Program-made: the position numbers and the translations under genes
The notes under the pieces: generated by a model
Databases searched by the model: none
Seen by the model: the letters and a program-made list of their open reading frames with translations, nothing else
What the model was told of the DNA's origin: nothing
Assembly (NCBI GenBank): GCA_900291995.1
Contig: OLMU01000535.1
Span: 1-33,102, forward strand
DNA: 33,102 bases
Direction of reading: 5' to 3'
DNA from: Licmophora abbreviata
Taxonomy: Eukaryota
In this document: positions 1 through 11,559 of the stretch, piece by piece
Position numbering within the stretch: position 1 is the stretch's first letter
Layout: each line of letters opens with the position of its first letter

Positions 1-292
1 CATCAAACAACAAGAGCGCGCGGCGATCCCAGGATTCGATTCGATCGAGGAAAAAAATCGACGGATCGCCGACCCCTGCGCCTCCACAGTCCATACTTGT
101 CGCCAGCGACTCGACTCATTATACTGTAATGCCATAAACACGGGACGAATGAGACAGGGTTGGACATGTGTCGCAATGCATCGAGAGATCGACGACGTAG
201 CCATCGTCCAAAAAGAGCTCACAATTTCTCAAAGACATCAATCGTCAAGACATCGATTCCAAACCATACACGCTCCTCACACCGATCCAATC

Positions 293-1911
293 ATGAAACT
301 CTCTCTTATCTTGTTTGTGGCCTCTGTGCCAACAGTCGTTGCCCGTCTCCCCCTTTATCGTCTTGCTACGGACGCTACACCTGCGAAGTTTGAGGCCCGG
401 ATTCTCGATTCCAGGTAAGTCAGCGTGCAATAGTCGACGAACGTTGAGATATATGTGTGACCATGGCCATTGATTTCTCATTTGCGCGTTGCCTATCTAT
501 TTTATTCGTTACGAGTAGACCCTGGCAAGCACTTGACGCGGGTCGTGCCCTGTATGAAAGTATGTCTATGCCGCTCGACACTGAATTTTCCATGCCGCCA
601 GAAGCCGACATGTCCATACCATTCGAAACCTTCATGTCCATGCCAACCTGCAGCACCTATGACGAATGCCCTGCCGCCGGAACCTGCGACTGCAACGGAA
701 ACGTCGCCGAAGGAGGCGCTATCTGCGACTGCTACGATATTCAATCTGTCACTCCTCCTTTTGACGAAGCCGCGAATCCGGCAATTGGCTCGTGGTACTG
801 CTTCCAAGTCGATCTAGACAAGAGCAAGGCTGGATGCGGTGGTGGGAAAAACGGCGCAAACGCTGTTTCGCATGCAGTCTTCGCCACGGGCTTTGCCGAC
901 AAGTGTACCTTTCACTCGGGTGGCCAAGTCAGCGATGGCTCTGACGATTGGTCCTACCAAGAGTGCGACAACACGGCCGCCACCGGGCTCAAGTTTGACT
1001 TTGGGCAGCCCGACCGGCGCATGCTTAGTCCAGGAGGTGGTGGTGGCGTCTTATCAGTGACGTACTGTTTTGACGTGTCATGCGAGGAAGCTGCCACCAC
1101 CGGTCAGGGAACCGCCACTTGGGTGCTCAAGGCAGGCAATGACCGTTGTGAGATTGTTGTCCCCGGTGGTCCCAGCTGCGGCGCCTCACCAGATGAATGT
1201 CACCCATCCTGTTCGTCCCCGGCGGCGGTGTCCAGTGAAGGCAGTCTTCAGCCTCCATCAACTGCCATGTGCGACGGATCCAAGGGCAGCATCGGAACGA
1301 GTGGGTCCGCGACGGCGGGTCTCTCCGTGTTCTTAGAAGTCGAGACGACTGGAAATAGTTTCAACTCTACCGAACAAATCGCCGTGCCCGTTTTGGACAC
1401 CGCCGGTCAAGCTAACTTCCTTTGCGACCCGGCCACCACGACCCGTCTCCGTGCTCGATCGCTGTCCTCCTCTGTTTCTGGCATTCAACTTGTTAATGTT
1501 TCTTCGACTGCAACATGCGAGCCTATGCAGGATGAAGCAAATACTTGCACAGTCGTCAAGGTGGAGCTCGAGCTTTCTGGAGATGATGTCGACGGTGTCG
1601 ATGAGGCGATGGAAACGACGCTGGTGGCCATTCGAGATAATGTCGACAGTCTCGAGGGCGGTGACATCGTTCGTGTGTCTGTGGCCGACACGTCATCAGC
1701 AGCCGTTAGCAATAGCGATTCCAGTGGCAGTGCCTCCGAAAAGTCCACCAAGAAGAAGACGCGCACAGTTGTTCTCACAACGGTGTTCTTCGTGGCGGCA
1801 TGTGTGGCCGCAGCCCTGTCTGTCTACACTCACAAGGTATCAAAGAAGCGGGGATCGTCCGATGACTCGTCCTCGTCTTCTGGATCGTCTGCAGGACCTT
1901 CTGTCTTGTAG
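293..1911 (+). CDS. Secreted-pathway type I membrane protein, 504 aa; exons 293-414 and 519-1911. Signal peptide, MSM repeats, Cys-rich domains, RxL motifs, C-terminal TM helix
   Basis: ATG at 293 starts the hydrophobic signal peptide MKLSLILFVASVPTVVA. Intron 415-518 (GTAAGT...TAG) joins ILDS-R-PWQALD in frame with the 457..1911 ORF. TM helix TVVLTTVFFVAACVAAALSVY is followed by a basic, Ser-rich tail. Function not recognised. Confidence 0.8.
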
Positions 1912-1946
1912 ATAAAACAATTAGGAAAAACTTGGTCGCCAACTTT

Positions 1947-2573
1947 TTAGACTTCCCGTCGGGGCTTTTTGTTGCCAGTAGGACTATCTTTGTCTGATGA
2001 AGAGTGTAGGGACAGGGCTGATCGCTTCGCAACAGTACTAGCCGCCGACTCGTTCCGTAGAGCCATGAGTTGCTGTGTTTGTTTGGTCGCTTCCTTGCGC
2101 CACTGGTCTGGGTGACGCCTGTATAGGCTAGAAATTTCCGCTTCGAGTCCATCGTCTGGGTTTGGGGTTGCAAGCAATGATCGCAGACTCAACAAGAGAC
2201 TCGGTAGTGAGACAGCCGGACTCCAAGATCCAGCAGGCGGACTCTTTAGTGTGTCGAGACAGATTCGGCCGTGAGAGTCAATGTTGGGATGATACGGCGC
2301 AGGAGCACTTAGAAACCGGCAGGAAGGTGGCTCCATGGGATAGCGCGAAGGAAATCGAATATTTACGTCGAAAATACCGTCTTGGAAAGGGGAATCTTCA
2401 GGCCCTGAAATTTCTGCCCTCCAGCAACTCAAGTCATCTTCTGAGTCCAAATAGGCAACAATGCCCGGGGGCGGGTCGTTCTGTAGCATTGTCAATTCTT
2501 TCTTCAATCGAGCCTTTGCCGGAATCGACAACGCAGACGGCATGCGGGTGGCTTGGCTCTTGGCCCCGTTCAT
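1947..2573 (-). CDS. UBE2T: Ubiquitin-conjugating enzyme E2, UBE2T-like
   Basis: UBC fold motifs RLKKEL, GPEDSPFQDG, FPSRYPMEPP, HPNID and catalytic Cys in GRICLDTL. The LKSPPAGSWSP segment and a basic C-terminal tail (KKPRR) resemble UBE2T. Confidence 0.88.
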   Translation of the reverse strand: MNGAKSQATRMPSALSIPAKARLKKELTMLQNDPPPGIVAYLDSEDDLSCWRAEISGPEDSPFQDGIFDVNIRFPSRYPMEPPSCRFLSAPAPYHPNIDSHGRICLDTLKSPPAGSWSPAVSLPSLLLSLRSLLATPNPDDGLEAEISSLYRRHPDQWRKEATKQTQQLMALRNESAASTVAKRSALSLHSSSDKDSPTGNKKPRREV

Positions 2574-3101
2574 CGTCTCTTTCTATCCGCACCGCCGCGT
2601 CACTCTCGATGATAGCTCGTAGACCTAGCGGTACAATGCGCGACCAGGTGGGTCGCCAAACGGAGGTGCTTGCACCGGTTAGTTTACCCTGTGCTACAGT
2701 CTAGAGAGACCTTGGTACCGACGGTAGAGCTTAAGAAGCGATGGTCACTGCCCGACAGAACTGAAAACTCGAAAACTCCGCGACGGAAATTGAAAATGGA
2801 AAATGGATCATGGTGCTGATGAGAGCGCTGCGCCGGTTCAGCGTCAAGCGCGCGCTTCCGTCCCATTGATGATCGTCAAAGATGATCAATGTTAAATCTT
2901 AGACCATGGAATGATGAGATGGCATCTGCGCGCACGCAGGGCTTTTTGGATTTGCGTGAATTTCAAATTGATGGCCATGTGATGAACAGATGAGTGTGAG
3001 TGAGTCAGTCAGTCGAGTCATCAGTCTCAACTTTATTACTAAACTTGCTTTGCGGCGAGGTGAACATACCAATACATGTCCGACGTAGACGTGTGAAGAT
3101 A

Positions 3102-3125
3102 GTGACGGTGACGGTGACGGTGACG
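3102..3125 (+). repeat. (GTGACG)x4 tandem repeat upstream of the DUF2256 gene
   Basis: Read directly: gtgacg gtgacg gtgacg gtgacg. Confidence 0.9.
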
Positions 3126-3170
3126 AGCCAAGTAACAAATTTCGCAGTAAGCGACTGGAACTAGAGCAGG

Positions 3171-3536
3171 ATGATCAAACCCTTCTTCTTGCGCTCGGCG
3201 TGGCTCTGGCTCTTTTGCGTGCCGGTTGTCAGTCGACGATCGGCCGAAGGCGCTTGCTTTCTCGCATCATCGAAGCTGGCAGTCACTACCCATGTCCGTG
3301 CCGCGCCCACCCGTCTTTATGGAAGAACACGAAAAGTGAAGAGAGAACGTTTCTCCAAGGCGGATCTGCCAGAAAAGATATGCGTCGTCTGTGGACGACC
3401 CTTCTCATGGCGTAAGAAATGGGAGAGGTCCTGGGACGAAGTCACGTGCTGTTCGAAAAGGTGTAATGCGGAACGACGCTCCAAGAATGGCGGGGCTGCG
3501 CCTTTTCAAGAGAATCATAAATCATCACACGTCTAG
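3171..3536 (+). CDS. DUF2256-family small Cys-rich protein with N-terminal targeting extension, possibly plastid
   Basis: KADLPEKICVVCGRPFSWRKKWERSWDEVTCCSKRC matches the DUF2256 pattern. It is preceded by a hydrophobic leader and a Ser/Thr/Arg-rich transit-like segment. Confidence 0.82.
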   Translation: MIKPFFLRSAWLWLFCVPVVSRRSAEGACFLASSKLAVTTHVRAAPTRLYGRTRKVKRERFSKADLPEKICVVCGRPFSWRKKWERSWDEVTCCSKRCNAERRSKNGGAAPFQENHKSSHV

Positions 3537-3730
3537 CTAGGGGTTGCTTGAAGATAAGCCAGGCTTGAAGCCACCTTACAGCTTAAACTTGCACTACCAC
3601 ACCTACTTCAGCTGTACAGGGGAGCATGATGCTAGCTATTCATACTGTATTTAAGTCTTGAAGTCACGATTGAACTGGGCCACACACGACAGTACACGCC
3701 CACTAAATGCATGTGACATGCTCCCGCTGG

Positions 3731-4939
3731 CTACACCGCCGCATTCTCTTCACTGAGCTGTCGCAGTTTCTCTTCTTGGTCCTTTGCAGTCATCCCGTCA
3801 ATTATAGGATCAATGTCGGCATTCAAGAACTGGCTCAGTGGAAAATTTTGTCCTAGTCGATGGTCCGAACATCTAGAGTCTTTCCAATTGTACGTTCTTA
3901 TCTTCTCGCTCCGTCCACCGGTTCCTACCTGCGATCCACGTCTGGCACGCTCTTCCATCTCTCGTTTCTCGTTCTCCATATCGTACAGCTTCGCCATAAG
4001 CATCTTCATCGCAAGCTCCTTATTCTTTAGTTGACTTCGCTCTTGTGTACACTTGATACGGATCCCCGTCGGTTTATGCAACAAGTCGACAGCCGTCTCG
4101 ACTTTGTTGACATTCTGCCCACCTGCACCCCCACTTCTCATGGTGCTCATTTCAAGATCTTTTTGATCAATCTGAACATCGACTTCGTCGCATTCCGGCA
4201 TTATTGCAACTGTCGCTGTCGATGTGTGGACCCGGCCCTGTGACTCGGTGGCAGGTACACGCTGAACGCGATGCACCCCGGCCTCCCACTTGAGCTTGCT
4301 ATAGACCATGTCGCCCTTGACATCGAGGGTGACTGCCTTGTATCCTCCGTCATCCCCCGGCGACGAATCAATCATTGTTGATTGCCAGCCCTGACTGATA
4401 ATATACTTGCGATAGACATCCAGTAGATCGCCAGCAAATATATTGGCCTCGGATCCGCCCGTTCCGGCTCGGATTTCGAGCATGCAGTTGCGATTGTCAT
4501 TCGGGTCTTTCGGTAGAAGCAAAACTGTAATTTTGGCCTCAAGCTCTTCCATCTGTGGTTCGATTTCCTTCATTTCAGCCCGCGCCATTTCCTTCAATTC
4601 GCCGTCGTCCTCCTGAAATAACTCCTTGGCATCGGCAAGCTCTTGCTTGAGCCTCGTGTACTCCTCATACGCCAGAACCACTTCTTCGCTTTGAGCCCGA
4701 TCCGACATGACACGTTTCAGCATATTGGAGTTGCTGATTACATCAGGGTCGGCGAGTCGCTCGGTCAGGGCCTGAAAGGAGCGACTTATGTTGTCGAGAC
4801 GGGACTCCATTTGCTCGTCGAGCACCATCGATAGCGATGTCGAGGCGAACAAGCCATGTCGACGTCGCGGATCGATCGATATAGTCACAAATGCATCGAT
4901 TCCGGACGCACAGACGAGCAGAAAAAGTAGTCTTCGCAT
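3731..4939 (-). CDS. prfA: Peptide chain release factor 1, plastid-targeted
   Basis: GGQ motif ([16 protein letters not shown]), RF1-type PxT motif (RVPATE), [11 protein letters not shown] and [12 protein letters not shown] at 4939 gives [19 protein letters not shown], a signal peptide with an ASAFAP-type cleavage site. Confidence 0.95.
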   Translation of the reverse strand: MRRLLFLLVCASGIDAFVTISIDPRRRHGLFASTSLSMVLDEQMESRLDNISRSFQALTERLADPDVISNSNMLKRVMSDRAQSEEVVLAYEEYTRLKQELADAKELFQEDDGELKEMARAEMKEIEPQMEELEAKITVLLLPKDPNDNRNCMLEIRAGTGGSEANIFAGDLLDVYRKYIISQGWQSTMIDSSPGDDGGYKAVTLDVKGDMVYSKLKWEAGVHRVQRVPATESQGRVHTSTATVAIMPECDEVDVQIDQKDLEMSTMRSGGAGGQNVNKVETAVDLLHKPTGIRIKCTQERSQLKNKELAMKMLMAKLYDMENEKREMEERARRGSQVGTGGRSEKIRTYNWKDSRCSDHRLGQNFPLSQFLNADIDPIIDGMTAKDQEEKLRQLSEENAAV

Positions 4940-5274
4940 TCTTCTGATAGCGGTCCTGTCGTCTGGGACGAGAAAGCGACGGGCAGTGGCGAGCAACTGG
5001 GTCAAAGGTACACGTTCGAGCAACGATGACTGTTTCTTTCGTTACAGGTATGAAGGCTAGCTCACATATCAGCGATGTTGACATGGCAATTTCAAATTGA
5101 ATTAAACGTGTGGAGGACGATGAACCGAGGGTTTAGATTTTCGCGCGGTGTCGCGCATCATGACTTGAGACTGAGACTCGACTGACTCTCGCGACGGCAA
5201 GACATTCTCTAGACGAACGTTAGCTACCGTGCTACATGTACCAAACCAATATTACGGAGGAGCTCCGACTAAAC

Positions 5275-8087
5275 CTAGTCCAGCAAGATAGTTTGGATTG
5301 AGTGCGGTGGTATCGAACCCGTCAGCACAATGTTGGTGCCATCTCGGAGGACGTAGTTGGCAGCGTCGGCTGCTTCGTTCAAAACCACCACCGTCTTGTC
5401 TGTCTCCCCGTTTGGAGTGTGGAAAGCTCCCATCTGTAAGAACGGCCACCCAGTTGTCATGCAAACCTTGCCGTCTCCGAAAAAGGAGGACGAAATCTCG
5501 CCAGTTTTCTCAGTCAAGTTCCATCTGGCCTAAGAGCGGTAGATCCGATACCGGTATAATCATAATAAGACGATGGTGAGAACAGAACACAAAAGGTCAA
5601 ACGTCACTGGGCAGCAGCAAAGCTTACCGCTGTAGAATTGCACATGCCCAGCGAAACCTGTGATCCACCACGCAGACTGTAAGCACCACCGTGGTTTTGG
5701 AGAGGCTGGATCACGAGGCAGCTCGATGGCGGTGGCCTCCTTCCATTGGTCATTCGGAAGTTAACATAGCTGGTATTCCTATCGGAGTGGGGCACAAGCT
5801 CAAACACTCCCGCCTTATTCAGCGTTGTGTTGCAAGTACCGAATACCAGTCCGCGAAAACTTGGGTCTATCGTCTTCAATACGCAGGACGTCGACGGATT
5901 TCCAAGCCAGTCGTGACCTAAGACTTGTAGCTGACCATTGTCGTTCCACTTAAAGTACTGTCTTGTTGAGCCTTCGCAAGGCCAGACAGTGAGCTCCACT
6001 CCATTTCGTGCGAGATCGTTGATCCCTCCGCCCGTGATATGGTGTGTCTTAGGGCGGAACGCTTTGTCGTCGTCTTTTGCATTGACGATGCCCTTTACGG
6101 CGGATGACCCTGGACGGACATAGCGGGAGATGTGCCCCATGTAAAAATACATTGGCTGCACCGCAACACCAACGTCAAGGTACTTGGCGGGAAATCCCAA
6201 GGCATTGAGTTCCTCCCGAGTCCTTCCATCGCCGACAACGGCACCAAATTGATTCTTTGTGTGCTCAAAGTCCATTCGTTCCGGCATCTCGTTCGAATCC
6301 AGAGCACGGTGTGGTACCGCGAGAATGGTAGTGTCACATAGATTGCCTAAATGATTCGGACCGCCGATTGAGTCGAGGCTGTATTGTGAGGGGAGGAGGG
6401 TCAGAACACATCTCAGCCACGCACCCTGCCTAGCACCACTGCACCAACTCACATGAGATTCCACTCGACCCACGCAGTGCTTCCAGCCGCAAGATCGGCG
6501 AGAATTGTGTGAGCGTATCGCTCCGCTCGCGCCCATGCAATGCTCGAGTCGCCACCTGCGTATGACGTGTAAGGGCAGTGACACGCTTCCGAACCAAACA
6601 CAACATGATCCTGGTAGACACCAAGGTTCTTCAAGTCGGAGAGAACCCGATGCATGTTCGGAGAGCCGACAGCACCATCCAGCAAGCGATCCATACCACC
6701 GGCATACCAATGAATCGCTGTCCCATTCACATACTTTGCGGCTGTCGAGTTCACCAAGGATGTCACCCAGGTCGGAGCGTGGTCCTTGTTGTGGTCAAAG
6801 ATGAATATTTTCACGTTTGGGTGTGACTTTCGCAATTCCGGCCCGAGGTGATACTTTAGGAATTCCAGTTCCGTCTCTGGAGTATATGCGCACGCTTCCC
6901 ACGGAGCTGGAAACTCTGGTTCGTTCTGAATCGAGACCGCCCACAGCGGAACACCGAGATTCTCGTCTGTGATAGCGATACAAAGTGAACGGGCAATCAG
7001 CCATCAATTTTACAACCGGACACAACGTGAACAATAAAAGTCACTTACACGCCGTAAGAAACTTGGCAAAGTATTTGGCCCATGCCCTGGCGTATCGAGA
7101 GTCTGCGCCGACTCCTTCTCTCAGGCACGTGGGTTGTGCGCTGTTGGTCATTTTCGCAGCGTGCTCGGCTCCAGCCCTATCGTCGGGGGTAGGAGCCTTC
7201 ATCCAGGCCGGAGGCGACCACGGAGATGCAAAAATATGGAGGCGCCCATCCACACCAGCGCTCGTGCTGCTCGAGTTTGTATTGTTGGTAGTAGTAGTTG
7301 CTCCATCGCCGCCCCAGGCTTCCCGCAAAACGCTAGTAGCTCGCTGCATCATGCCGATCATCCCCGACTCGACATCATGATGAACGCCCATGTCAAAATC
7401 TTTGAGCTCGAAGTCTCCATCCGTGTCATCGAAGCTGTAGGACTGGACACTAAAGTCGCACGAGTTGATGTGGACACGTCCAATCGAGTATCCGAGACCG
7501 GATTCGCCAAACAAAAGTTCCATGACAGCGTCCTTTCCCTTCTGAGAGAGTGAATGATAGTTGAGAGCCGAAGCTTCTGTAAATGCACCTCCGAATCCAA
7601 GGATCGGGACGGACCGATTCGGGAACGCAGACTGAGAAAAGTTGACCTGCAAGACGGCATCGGGGAATCCAAAGGAATGGTCGATCTGCTCGTCAACAGG
7701 TTTCGTCCCGAAGAGTCCGGACTTTTGTGGTGCCACAGGAAAGCAAGGGATCGGGGACCATTGCTGACTGGGCTGCCCGAGACTGGTTTGGATGATTTTG
7801 GCGCCTTGGTTCGAATAAGTATTGCAGAATGGTCTATAGTTCAAGACAGTATCCTCCGGGAGCATGTTGTTCTCGACGGGCGATGTCGGAGTGCTCGTCG
7901 TGGCTTGCTCTCGCAGTCTCAATTCCGTGACAATTTCATCCAAAATCCAAAAGATGACGACCAGCATGGCTATAGCGGTTAACCAAACTCGCCAAGACGA
8001 CCACTGGGTGGTTCTCTTCGCACATCTCGACGCAGCTGAAGCCGTTCCAGTTCCAGCCACAAGAGGTGCCGTCTCGTCGGCTCTCAT
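5275..8087 (-). CDS. Glycoside hydrolase family 30 (glucosylceramidase-like), type II membrane-anchored, with inserted ricin-B-like module; 852 aa. Exons 8087-7049, 6966-6453, 6378-5628, 5529-5275
   Basis: GH30_1 motifs GFGGAFTEAS, INSCDFS, FASPWSPPAWMK, acid/base QNEP, DHNKD, HWY, nucleophile SEAC, WVEWNL-ILDSIGGPNH and YMGHISRY. Three GT-AG introns (82, 74, 98 nt) restore one frame, 2559 nt in total. N-terminal TM segment VWLTAIAMLVVIFWIL. Confidence 0.9.
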
Positions 8088-8155
8088 TTCTACCGATGCC
8101 GCAGAGACGTTCGTGTTCGACGACGAAGAGCTCAGGAACGGCAGCCAAGCCACAA

Positions 8156-8333
8156 CTTAGTGAATACGAGTTGTCTTTCTCCTGCTGCGATCTTCTATGA
8201 CAGATTTAGAGATTGACCTGAAAACTGAACTCACCGGTGTGTTGAGGGTGATGCGTCGATGAATGGATGGAGGTATTCGTATCGTACTGGTTCCGCGAGA
8301 GCGACGGGCGATGAGCGAGTTTGCTGTTTTATA
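8156..8333 (-). promoter_or_regulatory. Putative TATA box (TATAAAA, 8333-8327) and 5'UTR intron (8234-8156) of the GH30 gene
   Basis: On the minus strand TATAAAA precedes an ATG-free segment, then GTGAGT...CTAAG. The 79-nt spacing matches other introns here. No transcript evidence. Confidence 0.4.
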
Positions 8334-9021
8334 GAAGGTTATGAGCTAAACAAAGAACGGAAAGGAACCTAAGACTGATATTGTGAGGCGGGTAGAAAGT
8401 CAGTCGAATCAGTCGACTAGACTACAGCTGCTCTCGACCGGACTACGGGTAGTGTCTAGTCTATGTAGTGCTTATCAAGCACCCTTCTACCGGTGCACTG
8501 TGTACCGATTCCGTTTTGTAACTTCCTGCGAGATACGAGTGCACATGCGATGCATGCCTACACAAAGAAGACAGAGATCGAAGCTTTACTACTAGGAAGC
8601 ACCTTTACTCTCGCAGCACTCTAGCTAGAGGCACTGCATTCGATCCCCTCTCGTACGATGCACTCTACTAGAGACATGTTCTACCGTCGCTCGCGTCCTT
8701 CTACCACTCAACAGTTGGCGACGTCAACTTTCATAAATAGACATCGCTACTTAAGTCGTCGAAGTAAATTGCAGTCATGCCGCTGCACAAATCGGCATTC
8801 AATCACAGGGCAGACTCCATGCTCGCAATCGGCAGCGCCATGTCTGGGAGCGTCCCTTGGATCGGAGCAGTGTCCAAGACGCGACTCTTCCGTCAACATC
8901 GAGACGTGAATGGCCGCGAGTCTATTTACGGTACAGCGAAAAGGAGCACGACGGTCAATCTTGATGTGCTGCTAATCGCAATAGGTCCACACCCCTCGGT
9001 TCTGTCGGCGTGGACCGCCTT

Positions 9022-11067
9022 CTACAGTAATGTCGCCGGCGACCCCCTCCCGTAGCAGTCCCACTCTGTGTTCGCCATGCCAACAGTCATGTCGAAAGAA
9101 TGATAGTTCTCCTCGCACCAAAGAAGATTTTGCCATACATCGACAATCTCCTTCTCGGCGACGGAGAGTTTATTCTTCTTTGTTACTTTGTCACGTAGTT
9201 GATTCAAGTTCTCGACACCGAGAGGCATACCTGTGAGCAGTACCTGCGCTTCGTCCAATTCTTTCACCGCGGTGTGGATACCAAACCAAGCATCGAATTG
9301 ATTCTCTCTGGAGGTCAGCTTCCATGCCAACACATCACGTGGACTTGCAGCGCCCGCATCGAGCTGCACAAAGAGTCTGCCGTCGGAAGCAAGAGCGCTC
9401 CGTGCGACGGGATCGAAAGGCAGCGACGGACTGTGCCATGCCTTCGGGTTGCTCGGGAAGTTCGTTTCGCGCACTGCTACGAAGTCTTCCACAGTCCTCA
9501 TATCAAGAATATGCCACAAAAAGTACACGCCCTTATCGTTGAAAAGTTTCGGCATGACCCATATTCGGTTCGTACGTCGCGCTAGCGCGATCGTCGCTGC
9601 CACAGTCCACTGCAAAATAGGTAGTTTGTGATAGTTCTCGCTGTAACTCTTTTTGGTGTCTCCTGGCCAAATCATGGTCATTGAGTATCCGTTCCAGGCA
9701 TGTCCATCGAGCCACAGGTAGCGATTGTCGCTGCTGCTGTAGTATCCGTCCGCACCATACCAAGCGCCAAGCTCCTTGGCGACGATCTTTTTGCCATGAG
9801 GCAGTCGAAGTGGGATCTTAGACAGTGTATGAATTGCAAACGTCGCATCTGTTGGAGCCGGCCAAACGTTGCTTGCAATCTGATGGGGAGAGAAGATATC
9901 AATCTGCACTTTCAAGCTCTTGACGTCGGGAATGGGTGGTCGATACGCTTTCCACCAGCCGTGATAATCCAAAGTCCGAGACTTGGCCCCATTCCGAACG
10001 CTGTCAAGCCACCAAATGATTTGTTGCATAACCATTTGATCATGCGTCTCGGGCGACTGCCGCAACAAGTCGACTGTCATGTTGAAGAAGTCGCGCGCAG
10101 GCTGAGTCGCGTGAACTGAGTAGACACCGATATTGATAGCACCTGGGTTGTCCTGATGACTGGAAAAGACAATATCGGCAGTTTGCTGGATAATGAAACT
10201 AAGGGGTGATCTGACAAACCAAACGTCCATTTCAAAGAAAAAGAAGGGCTGATCCCGCAGCAAGAGAGCGTAGGATATATCAAACTTCGTGTTGGCGACG
10301 GCTTTCTTCAATGCGCCGTCGGCCCCTTGCGACGACTCGGGCCAGGCGAGAAAGGGGTAGCTGTACTGACATGCTAGTTCCATGGTCTGTCGGTCCATGG
10401 CGACCATGAAGAATGAGTTTGGGAACCCCACCACTTCGTGGGCCATTTCAAACACGTCATGCATCATGTCCTCGGCATATGAAAAGTCTGACACTGTAAA
10501 GGAAACCATTCCGATTCCGGTTCTTTTGCTGAGTGTCAGGAGGAGTTCGTCGAGCTGCTGGTCTACCGATAACGACTGTGCCGCTTTGATGCATCGATTG
10601 ACGCGAGAATGGTTCTGCACTTTGGATGCATTCTGTTGTGTCGGATAAATTGACACTATATTTGTATTCCAGCCCTCTGGAAGCTGGGGTTGCCATTCGT
10701 AATTGTCGTCAAACTGCTGTCCGATCTGGAACGGGTACTCCGCATAATTCTTGTGGAAAAGATTCTCCATTACGCAGTCCCGACTGTACGCCGAACAGTC
10801 CGTCGTCAGACGCCAGTTAGGCAAGATGCTGTCGTCGGATTCGCCATCACCGACGTCGCCTTCGACGCTGATTGAATTGTCGTTGGCTCGAAGTCGAACG
10901 GTAGAGTCTGAAGTCACGAGAAGGCTGCTCAGTCGAAAGCCGAAAATCAGGCCCACAAAAATGCCAAATCCAAACGCCAAACCGAACCCTGCAATGAGAC
11001 CAAAGTAATTTCGTCTCACTTGAACCCTTTTCATGATTACGGAAGAGTTTCTGAAGTCTCGCACCAT
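9022..11067 (-). CDS. Nucleotide-diphospho-sugar transferase (GT77-like), type II Golgi membrane protein with extra C-terminal domain
   Basis: Single 681-aa ORF with an N-terminal TM (FGLIAGFGLAFGFGIFVGLIFGF). Motifs K...LL...FFFEMDVWFVRSP, INIGVY, HDQMVM and FAIH follow the GT77/Nucleotid_trans pattern. The C-terminal part has AATIALARRTNRIWVMPK. Confidence 0.72.
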   Translation of the reverse strand: MVRDFRNSSVIMKRVQVRRNYFGLIAGFGLAFGFGIFVGLIFGFRLSSLLVTSDSTVRLRANDNSISVEGDVGDGESDDSILPNWRLTTDCSAYSRDCVMENLFHKNYAEYPFQIGQQFDDNYEWQPQLPEGWNTNIVSIYPTQQNASKVQNHSRVNRCIKAAQSLSVDQQLDELLLTLSKRTGIGMVSFTVSDFSYAEDMMHDVFEMAHEVVGFPNSFFMVAMDRQTMELACQYSYPFLAWPESSQGADGALKKAVANTKFDISYALLLRDQPFFFFEMDVWFVRSPLSFIIQQTADIVFSSHQDNPGAINIGVYSVHATQPARDFFNMTVDLLRQSPETHDQMVMQQIIWWLDSVRNGAKSRTLDYHGWWKAYRPPIPDVKSLKVQIDIFSPHQIASNVWPAPTDATFAIHTLSKIPLRLPHGKKIVAKELGAWYGADGYYSSSDNRYLWLDGHAWNGYSMTMIWPGDTKKSYSENYHKLPILQWTVAATIALARRTNRIWVMPKLFNDKGVYFLWHILDMRTVEDFVAVRETNFPSNPKAWHSPSLPFDPVARSALASDGRLFVQLDAGAASPRDVLAWKLTSRENQFDAWFGIHTAVKELDEAQVLLTGMPLGVENLNQLRDKVTKKNKLSVAEKEIVDVWQNLLWCEENYHSFDMTVGMANTEWDCYGRGSPATLL

Positions 11068-11559
11068 ACGAAAGTAGACCTACACTAACGGTTTGAGCAG
11101 CGGCATTGCATATTGTCGACTGCGAGGACACAACACACAACAACTCTTTCGACTCGAACTGATGGTGATGAGATGAGCACAGCATTGAAATTGGAAAACA
11201 GAAAACATGAAAACAGAAACCCCGGACTTTTGCAAACAAATCGCCGGTCAGACGGCCATTTTGCAAACACTTTTGTTTGCAATCTTCAATCTTCCGCAGC
11301 TGGGTCATTGAATGAGCCATCATGATTTTCGTACGATACGAGCGCGAGAGGGCAGTGTCCGATAGCGAGCGCAAATTCCTATACTCCCGCTCGGTCTCAA
11401 TCGAAAAAGACAATTCTGGAAGTCTTCGGACGAGGGTTTCTCGATATTATCTACTTAGTAGTGCTACGTCGAAGTATTGATATCTAGCCGTAGAAAAACT
11501 AGAAAAACATTGGAGAGCGCTGGAGCTTGTCATATGTAGCTCAAGGACCGCGCGAGCGC

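Noticed and set aside
2162..2704. 180-aa plus-strand ORF
   Set aside because: Antisense to the UBE2T-like gene.
8383..9055. Short ORFs between the GH30 and glycosyltransferase genes
   Set aside because: No motifs or coherent gene model; consistent with promoter and 3'UTR sequence.
5275..11067. Adjacent GH30 hydrolase and GT77-like transferase as a glycan-modification cluster
   Set aside because: Adjacency alone is weak evidence in a compact eukaryotic genome; synteny or co-expression data would be needed.
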